DNA of 64,000 nucleotides from contig JADZAC010000012.1 of assembly GCA_020852835.1 (NCBI GenBank), positions 58,499 through 122,498 of the forward strand, in the 5' to 3' direction. The stretch is from Flavobacteriales bacterium (GTDB lineage Bacteria > Bacteroidota > Bacteroidia > Flavobacteriales_F > PHOS-HE28). Shown here piece after piece: positions 18,969-28,087 of the stretch. Made by a program: the position numbers and the translations under genes. Every line of letters starts with the position of its first letter. The first letter of the stretch is position 1. The notes below the pieces were generated by a model, which searched no databases, had not been told where the DNA came from, and worked only from the letters and a program-made list of their open reading frames with translations.

Positions 18969-19037
18969 CTTGCGTTATTGCGGTTTCGGGAAGACGATCG
19001 CGGGCCTGTTGCCGCGCACACGGATCGCCCGAAAGCG

Positions 19038-22000
19038 CTAAGGATACAGGCGAATGCCCTTGATAGTCATCAAGGCGGTGCCTTGGCCTCCGTTCGGTTT
19101 GCCGATCAGGGAGGGGATGGCAATGGGCTGGGTGTATTCCAGCACCAGCTCGGAGTAGTATTGCCCGGCTTGTACCGTGGCCAACAGTTGCCCCGTGTTC
19201 GGGTCTTTGATCTGGCCGGATGCCCCCATGAACTTGGCTCGGCCATTCACCCATTTGCCGGTTTGGATGGATTGGAAGGTGACCCCCTCCAACACGATCC
19301 GCTTGGCTTGAATGTTCGACGGGAATGAAGAGGCCGAGTTGGTGATGATCTTACCGCCACCGATATCGGCGCAACGTCCGGTAATGGTTTGCACCAAGTC
19401 CGTACCGGCGGTGGCTACCAGGCGGCAATCATCCTGGCCCATGAATGAGCTGGCCCAAACCGGAGTTGGTTCGGGCGGTGTTGCATCCCAGCTGATGTGC
19501 ACCACGCTGTAAGCGGGCAACTGCACCGACCGGATATCGGCCACTATCTGGGAGGTGGTTTCCACGGCACCATTGGGCCTGGCTGCATTGGGGCCGGTGC
19601 CGCTGGCCAAGTCATCCCCACCGAGCGTAAGCACATTCACGTTCGCCCCGTCACCAACGAAGGTCGCCAGATCCTTGGTGGTTCCGGAGCGGTTGATCAC
19701 GTACAGGTGCTGGGTTTGCTGATCGGCCGAAAGGAAGGCAATGGCACGCAGACCATCCACTTGGTTCAATGCGCAGGGTTGGGCCAGGTTGCCGGGCATC
19801 ATCAACGGGGCCATCAGTCGACTGGCGTGATAGTTGATCTGCGGGGAATATCCCGGCCAGATCTTTCTGATCACGTTGTAACCGGCGTCCATGGAGAGCA
19901 GGTTGTGCACGGCGCTCACGGTAACCCGCGGGTGCTCGGCCATGGTAAAAGCCATGTCGGCATAGAACAGGGCCTGCGACAGGGAATTTCCGTAATGGGA
20001 ATAGTCTCCGTCGATGTTCCATTCGGTGATCCAGATGTCCCTGGGGCCAACCGAGGTCAGTTCATCCAAGGCCTGGTCCATTTTTTCACGGGCATAGATC
20101 CGGCTGAAATCGGCGCCACAGTTGAAGTTGGGGAGCACCGAAGGCTGTGTGCAATCACTGGGGCGGGAGTAGCAATGGATCACCACGGCATCACCGAAGG
20201 TGGCGTTGGAAACGGCAACGTTCCAATCGTGGGCCCGCTGGGTACCCGCAGGCCCGAGGTCCTTGAGCACTCCCGGAGGATAGCCATTGAGACCGATCTT
20301 GAGGTTGGGATACGCATTGCTGATGGCTTGCGCATACGGCGCCGCCACGGCGAGGTAGTTGTCGTGGGTGCCGAACCGGGATTCATACGCCCGCAGGTGG
20401 CTTTCATTGCCCAGTTCCACGCCGGCCAATTGCACCCCGGCATTGGCCAAGGTGTTCAGGGAGGTCATCATTTCCTGAACTGTACCACTGAACAGGTTGG
20501 CCACGAACATGACGGGCTGGTTGGTAGTGGTGGCCAGATCGATCACATCCTGGAGGTAGTTGCGCGTGATCTGCCCGGCACCTACGGAAGCCTGCTCCCC
20601 TTCATACATGCCCAGTACCGTGTTGTGCACATCCGTGCCCTCAACGGGCACTAAGTCCGAGGCCCGCATGCCGTACCCCAGGCCGGTGGGATGGGTGAAG
20701 TTGGCCAAGGTGCCGCCGGGAAAACGAAGGATTCCCGGGGCCAAATGCACGATGCTGTTCTGCAAGGCCGAATCGGTGCCGGTGGTGATGGAGAACAGGC
20801 TGCTGCAATTGTATCCCCAATCCACGTGCGCCAGGGTCTCCCCTGAAAGGTTGCCGATCGTATTGGTGCTTTCGCCGGACTTAACCCCCCCGTGCGCCTC
20901 GGCAGGCATGCGGTATTGGGCTTCCACAGGTTCGTCGCAATAATCCGGCAGTTCGCTTCCGGTTTGGCCGTGATCCCAGCAGAAGCCGAAGGACCTTGCA
21001 TCCTCCGGATACGCACGGTAAAAGGACCGGTCTTGGGTAACGTCGTGAACGAGCCGGTTCAGCCTGCCCTCCACCTGTAATTCTTGTACGCCAATGGATG
21101 ACCCGCTGGTGCTGTTGCGCACTTGGCACAGGCTGGCCGGAACCACCCTATTGATCAGCACCTGTACACGCACGAACCGGGCGGATACCGGCCCGTCGGC
21201 CACGATCAAACGATCGGTGCCGGCCGGGGTGTCTGAATAAAGGCCCGAGGCCAGTTGGATGTCTTCCCCTTGGATCTGGCAAGTTGAGGCCAATGCAGCC
21301 CATGGGCCTGTCCGGAACCGGGTACCATTGTCGCTGCCGGTGATACGGGTGAAGTGGTGCCGTGCACCGGAGCATCCCAACAGGGCGATGCCTGTGCCGT
21401 TGGCCTCCAGCACCACATTATTGGCTTGCGATCCCGCAACACCTGCGAGAACCACGCCTGTTCCAGGGAAACTACGGATGGTTACGCCATCAAGCGCCAC
21501 CCTTCCATCGGGACCTTCCACACGGATGCCTTCATGGGGAGCGTGCGCGCCGCCCTCGCCGAAGTTGCCTTCAAGACCAATGTTGCTCAAAGAGAGCGTA
21601 CGCCCGGCCATGGCCGAGCAGCCCCATGGCGCAAGATGGAGCAGGGCCTCGCCCGGGCTGCCGGACCACTTATCCCGATCTACGACCAAGGTTGTTGTTG
21701 CGCCGTTCCCGTGAAAGGAGCCAGGCATGAGCAGGAGAGGGTGGTTCACGACAAAAACGCCTGCAGGAAGCAGAAACTCAATAGGTGCCACACGGGGTTG
21801 GGACAGTTCTTTTCCAGCCCTCAGCACGGCGTCATTCCACGCACACACCAGCAAGGAAAGGTCGAGCATGGAATCCATGTCCCGCCCTGAGGCCTGCCAA
21901 TGCGCGGACCACGCGGGGAACCGGTCCGCCACCATCGATGGGCCCGGGTACACCGACCCTACAGGCTCAGAACCGTTGGAAGCGGTGATCTGATACGCCG

Positions 22001-22121
22001 TGGCCAAGTCCACGCTTGTCCCTTGTGCAGACGGGCTTGCTTGTGCGTTCAGGGCAAAGGGAATGGAACAGACGGTGCCAAGCAGCGTGAGTCGGGTCAT
22101 TCTCGAAAAGATCATCATCAT
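19038..22121 (-). CDS. secreted multi-domain glycoside hydrolase (clan GH-A-like catalytic domain) with N-terminal right-handed beta-helix region and F5/8 type C (discoidin) domain
   Basis: Signal peptide. Discoidin-like ARFVRVQVL...IGVQELQVEG. Catalytic-like GVELGNE (acid/base NE) and IWITEWN (nucleophile E) motifs, then C-terminal beta-sandwich. Family assignment is by motif only. Confidence 0.7.
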   Translation of the reverse strand: MMMIFSRMTRLTLLGTVCSIPFALNAQASPSAQGTSVDLATAYQITASNGSEPVGSVYPGPSMVADRFPAWSAHWQASGRDMDSMLDLSLLVCAWNDAVLRAGKELSQPRVAPIEFLLPAGVFVVNHPLLLMPGSFHGNGATTTLVVDRDKWSGSPGEALLHLAPWGCSAMAGRTLSLSNIGLEGNFGEGGAHAPHEGIRVEGPDGRVALDGVTIRSFPGTGVVLAGVAGSQANNVVLEANGTGIALLGCSGARHHFTRITGSDNGTRFRTGPWAALASTCQIQGEDIQLASGLYSDTPAGTDRLIVADGPVSARFVRVQVLINRVVPASLCQVRNSTSGSSIGVQELQVEGRLNRLVHDVTQDRSFYRAYPEDARSFGFCWDHGQTGSELPDYCDEPVEAQYRMPAEAHGGVKSGESTNTIGNLSGETLAHVDWGYNCSSLFSITTGTDSALQNSIVHLAPGILRFPGGTLANFTHPTGLGYGMRASDLVPVEGTDVHNTVLGMYEGEQASVGAGQITRNYLQDVIDLATTTNQPVMFVANLFSGTVQEMMTSLNTLANAGVQLAGVELGNESHLRAYESRFGTHDNYLAVAAPYAQAISNAYPNLKIGLNGYPPGVLKDLGPAGTQRAHDWNVAVSNATFGDAVVIHCYSRPSDCTQPSVLPNFNCGADFSRIYAREKMDQALDELTSVGPRDIWITEWNIDGDYSHYGNSLSQALFYADMAFTMAEHPRVTVSAVHNLLSMDAGYNVIRKIWPGYSPQINYHASRLMAPLMMPGNLAQPCALNQVDGLRAIAFLSADQQTQHLYVINRSGTTKDLATFVGDGANVNVLTLGGDDLASGTGPNAARPNGAVETTSQIVADIRSVQLPAYSVVHISWDATPPEPTPVWASSFMGQDDCRLVATAGTDLVQTITGRCADIGGGKIITNSASSFPSNIQAKRIVLEGVTFQSIQTGKWVNGRAKFMGASGQIKDPNTGQLLATVQAGQYYSELVLEYTQPIAIPSLIGKPNGGQGTALMTIKGIRLYP

Positions 22122-22477
22122 GGATCAATTCCGTCACAAAAGAGGGTTACCGGCATTTCCATGCGCCCGGATCGCGCACAAAAGGTTGGCGAAGCTATCC
22201 CGCAAGGCAAGGGCGCTGTAGAAATTCGACGGGCTGCGATCGGCGGCCGACAAGCCCTTGAAAGCCGGTGGGTAAACGGGCAGTGGTATTGGGCAAACCG
22301 CAGGGCCGGGTTGCTGCGAAGTGGCCGGTCATCGGGCAGGCAATGGATCCGCCCGTGCGGAAAATGATCGCTGGTGCAACCGGATCATGTTGCGCCCGAG
22401 TTCATGTGCAGCATGACTTGTGCCATCGTGAAAAGCACCGCAACAGTTGGATCCGCATTCGGTACCACCTTTGCGCC

Positions 22478-22945
22478 ATGTCAAAAGAAGCTGCCGTTCC
22501 AACTTTGGAAACAGCCGTGCGGGTGATCAACAAGGGCCGCCATCCGCTGCCGGCTTATGCAACTCCGCATAGCGCCGGGCTGGACCTGCGGGCACTGGTG
22601 GATGCCCCGGTGGTATTGGAACCCGGAGAAAGCCGCCTGATCCCCACGGGGCTGTATTTGGAACTGCCCGAAGGGATGGAAGGCCAAGTGCGCCCGCGCA
22701 GTGGCTTGGCGTTCAAGCACGGCGTGACCGTACTGAACGCGCCGGGCACCATTGATGCGGACTACCGGGGCGAGGTTGGCGTGCTGCTGATCAACCATGG
22801 CCGCGCGCCGTTCGTGATAGCCGATGGGGAGCGCGTGGCACAATTGGTGGTGGCCCGATACGAACGGATACGGTTCGTGGAAAACACGGACCTTCGCACC
22901 ACGGAAAGAGGAACCGGAGGCTTTGGCCATACCGGCAAACAATGA
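22478..22945 (+). CDS. dut: dUTP diphosphatase
   Basis: [12 protein letters not shown]...[10 protein letters not shown]...[10 protein letters not shown]...ERVAQL are trimeric dUTPase motifs. The internal Met was chosen. Confidence 0.9.
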   Translation: MSKEAAVPTLETAVRVINKGRHPLPAYATPHSAGLDLRALVDAPVVLEPGESRLIPTGLYLELPEGMEGQVRPRSGLAFKHGVTVLNAPGTIDADYRGEVGVLLINHGRAPFVIADGERVAQLVVARYERIRFVENTDLRTTERGTGGFGHTGKQ

Positions 22946-22961
22946 CCCCAGAACCCAGAAC

Positions 22962-23969
22962 ATGAAGATCATCGTACCGATGGCCGGCATGGGCAAGCGG
23001 ATGCGCCCGCACACCCATACCACGGCCAAACCACTGTTGCCTATCGCCGGGAAGCCGATAGTGCAGCGGTTGGTGGAGGATTTGGCGAAAGTGGCCGGCG
23101 AACCGGTAGAGGAGGTAGCCTATGTTACCAACCCGTTATTCGGCCCGGAAGTGGAACAGCAGTTGATGGACATAGCCCGCTCGGTGGGCGCCAAGGGCTC
23201 CATTCACCATCAATCGGTCGCCCTGGGCACGGCCCATGCCATCCTATGCGCGGACGCGGCGCTCAGCGGGCGCGTGATCGTGGCCTTTGCCGACACGTTG
23301 TTCCGTGCGGACATGAAGTTGGACACGGATTGCGACGGGGTGATCTGGGTGAACAAAGTGGAGGATCCACGGGCCTTTGGCGTGGTGAAGCTCGATGGAC
23401 AAGGGATCATCCAGGAGTTTATTGAAAAACCGGCGGAATTCGTCAGCGACCTGGCCATCATCGGCATCTACTATTTTGCGGACGGGGCGCGGTTGCGGCA
23501 AGAGATGCAATACCTCATTGACCATGACATCCGTGACAAGGGTGAGTACCAGCTTACCAATGCCATGGAGAACATGAAGCAGAAGGGGGCGCGTTTCAAG
23601 GCGGGCACCGTGGATGCGTGGATGGATTGCGGGAACAAGAACGCGATGGTGGATACCAACGCCAAGGTGCTCGAGTTCATCAAGGGCGAAGAGGAACTGG
23701 TAAGCCCCAAGGCACGGATCGCCCAGAGCGTGGTGATCCCACCGTGTTACATTGCAGCGGACGTTACCTTGGAGCATGCCGTGGTGGGACCGCATGTGTC
23801 GGTGGAAAGCGGCAGCGTGATCCGCGGCAGTGTGGTGCGCAATTCCATTGTCCGCCCCAAAGTGACCATCGCCAACGCGGTGATCGCGAACAGCATGTTC
23901 GGCGCCCGTTCCGCGGTCCAAGGCCAAGCCATGGACCTGAGCGTGGGCGATGATTGCACCATTGGATAA
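22962..23969 (+). CDS. sugar-phosphate nucleotidyltransferase family protein with C-terminal left-handed beta-helix
   Basis: MKIIVPMAGMGKRMRP...KPLLPIAGKPIV is an NTP-transferase G-rich loop. C-terminal hexapeptide-like repeats. Confidence 0.8.
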   Translation: MKIIVPMAGMGKRMRPHTHTTAKPLLPIAGKPIVQRLVEDLAKVAGEPVEEVAYVTNPLFGPEVEQQLMDIARSVGAKGSIHHQSVALGTAHAILCADAALSGRVIVAFADTLFRADMKLDTDCDGVIWVNKVEDPRAFGVVKLDGQGIIQEFIEKPAEFVSDLAIIGIYYFADGARLRQEMQYLIDHDIRDKGEYQLTNAMENMKQKGARFKAGTVDAWMDCGNKNAMVDTNAKVLEFIKGEEELVSPKARIAQSVVIPPCYIAADVTLEHAVVGPHVSVESGSVIRGSVVRNSIVRPKVTIANAVIANSMFGARSAVQGQAMDLSVGDDCTIG

Positions 23970-23975
23970 CGGATC

Positions 23976-25730
23976 ATGAGGCACCTGCTCACCCGCCTAC
24001 TGGCGCCGTTGCTGCTGACCTATGGTTGTGCGGTGCCGCGGACCGCCGGGAGCGGCGGTCCTGCACGGGAGGATGGCGGGGGCACGGTGAAGGACTCCCG
24101 CGCACGGGTGATGCAACTGTATGTGGACGCCACATCGGCCAGGCTGCAGGGCAATCCTGCCAAGGCCATGCAGCTGTACAGCAGCGTATTGCAACATGAC
24201 CCTGGCAACGCCGCCGCGATGTTCGAGCTGGCCAAGCTCTACCACGGCGCCCAGCGCGGCGGCGAAGCACTGGCAATGGCCCGAAAGGCCGTGGATACGG
24301 ACAAGGAGAACATCTGGTACCGGTTCCTGTTGGCCGACCTGAGCACCCAACTGGGCGATCTGCAGGGGGCCACCAAAACCTACCAAGGCATACTGAACAA
24401 GTGGCCGGACCGATATGAGATCAGGTTCAGTTTGGCGGAACTGCTGGCCATGCAGGGCAAAGTGGACGAGGCACAAGCCGTGTACCGCGACTTGGAAAAG
24501 CAGCTGGGCATCAATGAGGAGATCGTGATGCGCGAATATGAGATGCTCGTTGGCGCCGGGGAGCTCGAAAAAGCACGGATCCTGTTGGAGCAGGCCATCG
24601 CCCGGCAACCGGGCGACACGCGCTTTTATGGCATGCTTGCGGAATTGTACATGGAGCTCGGCCAGCAGGACAAGGCCATGGAGTTGTACCAGCAGGCCCT
24701 GGCGGCAGACCCCGATGACAGCATGACACGGATCTCCGTGGCGCAGTACCTGTACGACGCCGGGGAACTGGACAAGGGATTCGACCAATTGCGGGAAGCA
24801 TTTGCCGACCCCGACCTGGACATCGACCCGAAGATGCAGTTGCTATTGGGCTTTTACCGGATCACGGAAGGCGGACAAGCAGACAGCATCCAAGACAAGC
24901 TGCTACGGCAGAGCCATACGTTGATCGAGGTGATGAAAAAGGCCCACCCGCAATCGGGCAAGCCCAGCTCGTTGGAAGGCGACTTCCTGCTTCGGGAAGG
25001 CAAGGCCGGGGAAGCCCGAGCGGCATTCCGCGAAGCCTTGCTGCATGAGCAGGATAAATTCCCCATTTGGGCGGCATTGCTTCAGTTGGACCTGCAGTTG
25101 CAGGACTGGAGAGCACTTCATGTTGACGCGGGAAAGGCCATTGACCTGTTTCCTGCCCAACCGGACCTTTTCCTGTACAACGGCATGGCCCTTTACCAGT
25201 TGAAGCAGATGGCGGAGGCGGTTGACGCCCTCAAGGAAGGCCTGTCCTTGGTAGTGGACAACGAGCCGCTGGAAGCCCAGTTCCTGGGATTGCTCGGTGA
25301 TGCCTACAACGAGCAGAAGCAATACTCGTTGAGCGATGAAGCCTATGGCCGTGCATTGGCGCTCAACGAAGAGGATGCCGGGGTGTTGAACAACTGGGCG
25401 TACTACCTCAGCGAACGGGGGGAGCAACTGGACAAGGCCGAGCAAATGAGCCGCAGGAGCAACGAGCTGCAACCCGGTACGGCCACCTACATGGACACCT
25501 ATGCGTGGATCCTCTACAAGCAGGGCAAGTATGCCGAAGCGCTCCAATGGCAGCAGAAAGCGGTGCAGGCATCGGGAAGCGAGGGCGTATTGCTGGAACA
25601 CTACGGCGACATCCTGTACAAGCTCAATGACAAGGCCGGGGCCTTGGAACAGTGGAAGAAAGCCCAGGCGGCAGGCGGTGCGAGCGATCTGATCGACAAG
25701 AAGGTGGGCGATGGAATCCTGATCGAATGA
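23976..25730 (+). CDS. tetratricopeptide-repeat lipoprotein
   Basis: LLLTYGCA lipobox, then many 34-residue TPR-like repeats (AxxYxxAL...P patterns). Confidence 0.8.
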   Translation: MRHLLTRLLAPLLLTYGCAVPRTAGSGGPAREDGGGTVKDSRARVMQLYVDATSARLQGNPAKAMQLYSSVLQHDPGNAAAMFELAKLYHGAQRGGEALAMARKAVDTDKENIWYRFLLADLSTQLGDLQGATKTYQGILNKWPDRYEIRFSLAELLAMQGKVDEAQAVYRDLEKQLGINEEIVMREYEMLVGAGELEKARILLEQAIARQPGDTRFYGMLAELYMELGQQDKAMELYQQALAADPDDSMTRISVAQYLYDAGELDKGFDQLREAFADPDLDIDPKMQLLLGFYRITEGGQADSIQDKLLRQSHTLIEVMKKAHPQSGKPSSLEGDFLLREGKAGEARAAFREALLHEQDKFPIWAALLQLDLQLQDWRALHVDAGKAIDLFPAQPDLFLYNGMALYQLKQMAEAVDALKEGLSLVVDNEPLEAQFLGLLGDAYNEQKQYSLSDEAYGRALALNEEDAGVLNNWAYYLSERGEQLDKAEQMSRRSNELQPGTATYMDTYAWILYKQGKYAEALQWQQKAVQASGSEGVLLEHYGDILYKLNDKAGALEQWKKAQAAGGASDLIDKKVGDGILIE

Positions 25731-26617
25731 AAGTTCCCGCAGCGGCCCTCGTGCTGGCCCTGCTGTTGGGGGCCTGCAGCAGTACCAAGCCCGTTGCGGA
25801 GCAGCGGCACAGTGCATCGCATCCGCCCACCACGGCCGAGATCTTCGACCTGCTTGCGGCAGAGATGAACAAGCGCCCCGGCTATTTGAGCGCCAGGGCC
25901 GAGGTGTCCTTGGATGCAGGCAAGGGGAACCGCAGCTTCAAGGCCCACCTGCGCGTGGTGCACGATAGTGCCATCTGGATCAGTGTCACTCCGGCCTTGG
26001 GCATTGAGGTGGCGCGGGCCCTGCTCACCCATGATTCCCTGATGATCATGGACAAGCTCAATGACCAGTACTGGCGGGGCACCCATGATCAGGCCCAAGC
26101 CCGTTTCGGCGTGCGCCCCAACTTGGCGCTCCTGCAGGATGCCTTCATGGGTTTGCCCATCGGCCTGGATTCGACGGAGCGTTACCGCAGCAGCCGGGAG
26201 GACAGCATGTACACCTTGGCCTCCAAAGAGCGGCGCAGGTTTATCCGGGCAGCTGAGGATATTATGCCCGGCGACACCCTGGAGGGGGGGCGGGAACTGC
26301 GTGAACGCCGCCTGGAGCGGATCCTGCGGCAAGCCGAACGCAAGGAGATGCTGGTATACAAGTATTGGATCGATCCGGACAGCCTGTGCCTGCAGCGGGT
26401 ATTGATCACCGATCTTGCACGCGATCAACAGGCGGATGTGCGTTATATGATGCGCAAAGCGGTCAAAGGATATCGCATGCCAACGGGCATCGCCCTTACT
26501 TTGTCCGCGCCTGGCCAAACGGCCAGCGGCGGCCTGCGCTTGGAGCGCATCGAGATCAATGAGCCCCTCACCCTGCCCTTCCGCATACCGGAAAAATTCA
26601 CGCCTATGGAGCCTTAG
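25727..26617 (+). CDS. DUF4292-like lipoprotein
   Basis: MKVPAAALVLALLLGACSS signal/lipobox. The TPR-protein / this gene / M23 peptidase order is the conserved Bacteroidota triad. ATG overlaps upstream stop (ATGA). Internal Met at 25727 was chosen. Confidence 0.6.
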   Translation: MKVPAAALVLALLLGACSSTKPVAEQRHSASHPPTTAEIFDLLAAEMNKRPGYLSARAEVSLDAGKGNRSFKAHLRVVHDSAIWISVTPALGIEVARALLTHDSLMIMDKLNDQYWRGTHDQAQARFGVRPNLALLQDAFMGLPIGLDSTERYRSSREDSMYTLASKERRRFIRAAEDIMPGDTLEGGRELRERRLERILRQAERKEMLVYKYWIDPDSLCLQRVLITDLARDQQADVRYMMRKAVKGYRMPTGIALTLSAPGQTASGGLRLERIEINEPLTLPFRIPEKFTPMEP

Positions 26618-27836
26618 GTGGCTTGTGGTGCCCGTAGTGTTATTGTGCCTGCTACCGGCCCGGGGCCAGGGGCGGAAGGAGCTGGAGAAGCGGCGCGATG
26701 CGCTGGATGCCAAGATCAAGCAGACCAACGAGCTGCTGAGCCGATCGCGCAATGAGCAGCGCACCACGCAGCAACAGGTGCAATTGCTGGAAGCCCGTAT
26801 CGGGCAACGGCAGGAACTGATCCAGACCATGGGCAGCGAGCTGGCGCGGATGGACCAGGACATCCAGGACGGGCGCGACAGTATCCGGCAAATGGAAAGG
26901 GGCCTGGAGACGCTCAAGGAGGAGTATGCCCGCATGGTGCAGTTCGCCTACATGAACCGAAGGGCCTACGACCGCTTGAGCTACATCTTTGCCGCCGAAA
27001 GCTTTGCACAGGCTTTTCGGCGGTCGCGATACCTGGATCAATTGGCGCAGCAACGGAGCCAACAGGCCGTGTTGATCCAATCGACCAAGGAGGTGCTGGC
27101 GGTGCGGATGGAGGACCTGCAGGCCCGGCGCGATGAGAAAGCGGCCCTGTTGGGCCGCCAGCAGGAAGAATCAGTGCAGCTGGCCAAGGACAGGAACGAA
27201 CAACAACAGGCCCTGCAAGGCTTGCGCAGCGAAGAGGGGCGCCTGAAGAAAACCCTGTCGCAGCAGGAACGGCAGCGGCAGGAACTGGCGGCGGCCATTC
27301 GCAAGGCCATCGAAGCCGAGATTGCGCGAAGCAAGGCCACTGCGGTGAAAGCCACGGGCCCAGGTCCGGCGGGCAAGGTGGAGTTCGCGCTCACCCCGGA
27401 GGCCAAGGTGCTGAATGCCGATTTTGAGAAGAACCGGGGCAATCTGCCTTGGCCGGTGGAGAAAGGCACGGTCACCAGCCGGTTCGGCAAGCAGCCCCAC
27501 CCGGTGCTCAAGGGCATACAGGTTGAAAACAACGGACTGGACATCGGCTGCGCGCCCGGCTCTCCGGTGCGTGCCATTTTCAGGGGCGAAGTGAGCAGCG
27601 TGATCGTGATCCCGGGTGCCGGGAAAGCCGTGATGGTGAGCCATGGGGCCTACCGCACCGTGTACAGCAACCTACGGGATGTGGCCGTGAACAAAGGCGA
27701 CAAGGTGGAAACCAAGCAAGTGGTGGGCACGGTGATGACCGAGGAGGGCGCCAGCACGGCCCATATTGAGATCTGGAAGATCGCCAGCGACGGGCAGTTG
27801 CAGAAAGTGGACCCGGCAGCCTGGATCCTGCAGTGA
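26559..27836 (+). CDS. M23-family peptidoglycan DD-metalloendopeptidase with N-terminal coiled coil (EnvC-like)
   Basis: Signal peptide, long Q/R/E-rich coiled coil, and C-terminal LytM/M23 domain (GLDIGCAPGSPVRAIFRGEV...HIEIW). Start uncertain: the ATG at 26559 overlaps the upstream gene by 59 nt. In-frame GTG/TTG starts just after the upstream stop are alternatives. Confidence 0.8.
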   Translation: MSPSPCPSAYRKNSRLWSLRWLVVPVVLLCLLPARGQGRKELEKRRDALDAKIKQTNELLSRSRNEQRTTQQQVQLLEARIGQRQELIQTMGSELARMDQDIQDGRDSIRQMERGLETLKEEYARMVQFAYMNRRAYDRLSYIFAAESFAQAFRRSRYLDQLAQQRSQQAVLIQSTKEVLAVRMEDLQARRDEKAALLGRQQEESVQLAKDRNEQQQALQGLRSEEGRLKKTLSQQERQRQELAAAIRKAIEAEIARSKATAVKATGPGPAGKVEFALTPEAKVLNADFEKNRGNLPWPVEKGTVTSRFGKQPHPVLKGIQVENNGLDIGCAPGSPVRAIFRGEVSSVIVIPGAGKAVMVSHGAYRTVYSNLRDVAVNKGDKVETKQVVGTVMTEEGASTAHIEIWKIASDGQLQKVDPAAWILQ

Positions 27837-27908
27837 TCGCCCCGGTTCACCTGCGCACTACCTTTGCCGACCCGGTCGGCCCGCCCAAGCAAGGGCTGCT
27901 GGTGTACC

Positions 27909-28070
27909 ATGGGAAGAATCGGCCCAACGGAGATCATCCTCATCATTGCCCTGCTGCTGCTCTTGTTCGGCGGCAAGAAGATCCCTGAGCTCATGAGGGG
28001 CTTGGGCAGAGGCATGCGGGAATTCAAGGACGCGCAAAAGGACGATCCGGCGCCCACTGATAAGCCTTGA
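27909..28070 (+). CDS. tatA: twin-arginine translocase TatA/E family protein
   Basis: [40 protein letters not shown] is the canonical TatA TM plus amphipathic helix. Confidence 0.8.
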   Translation: MGRIGPTEIILIIALLLLLFGGKKIPELMRGLGRGMREFKDAQKDDPAPTDKP

Positions 28071-28087
28071 TCCCGTCCGGTAGCACG

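Noticed and set aside
22122-22477. Possible SAM-I riboswitch upstream of dut
   Set aside because: There is only superficial resemblance (GGCC... / ...GCAACC). The conserved core and kink-turn could not be matched by eye, and dut is not a SAM-regulated gene.
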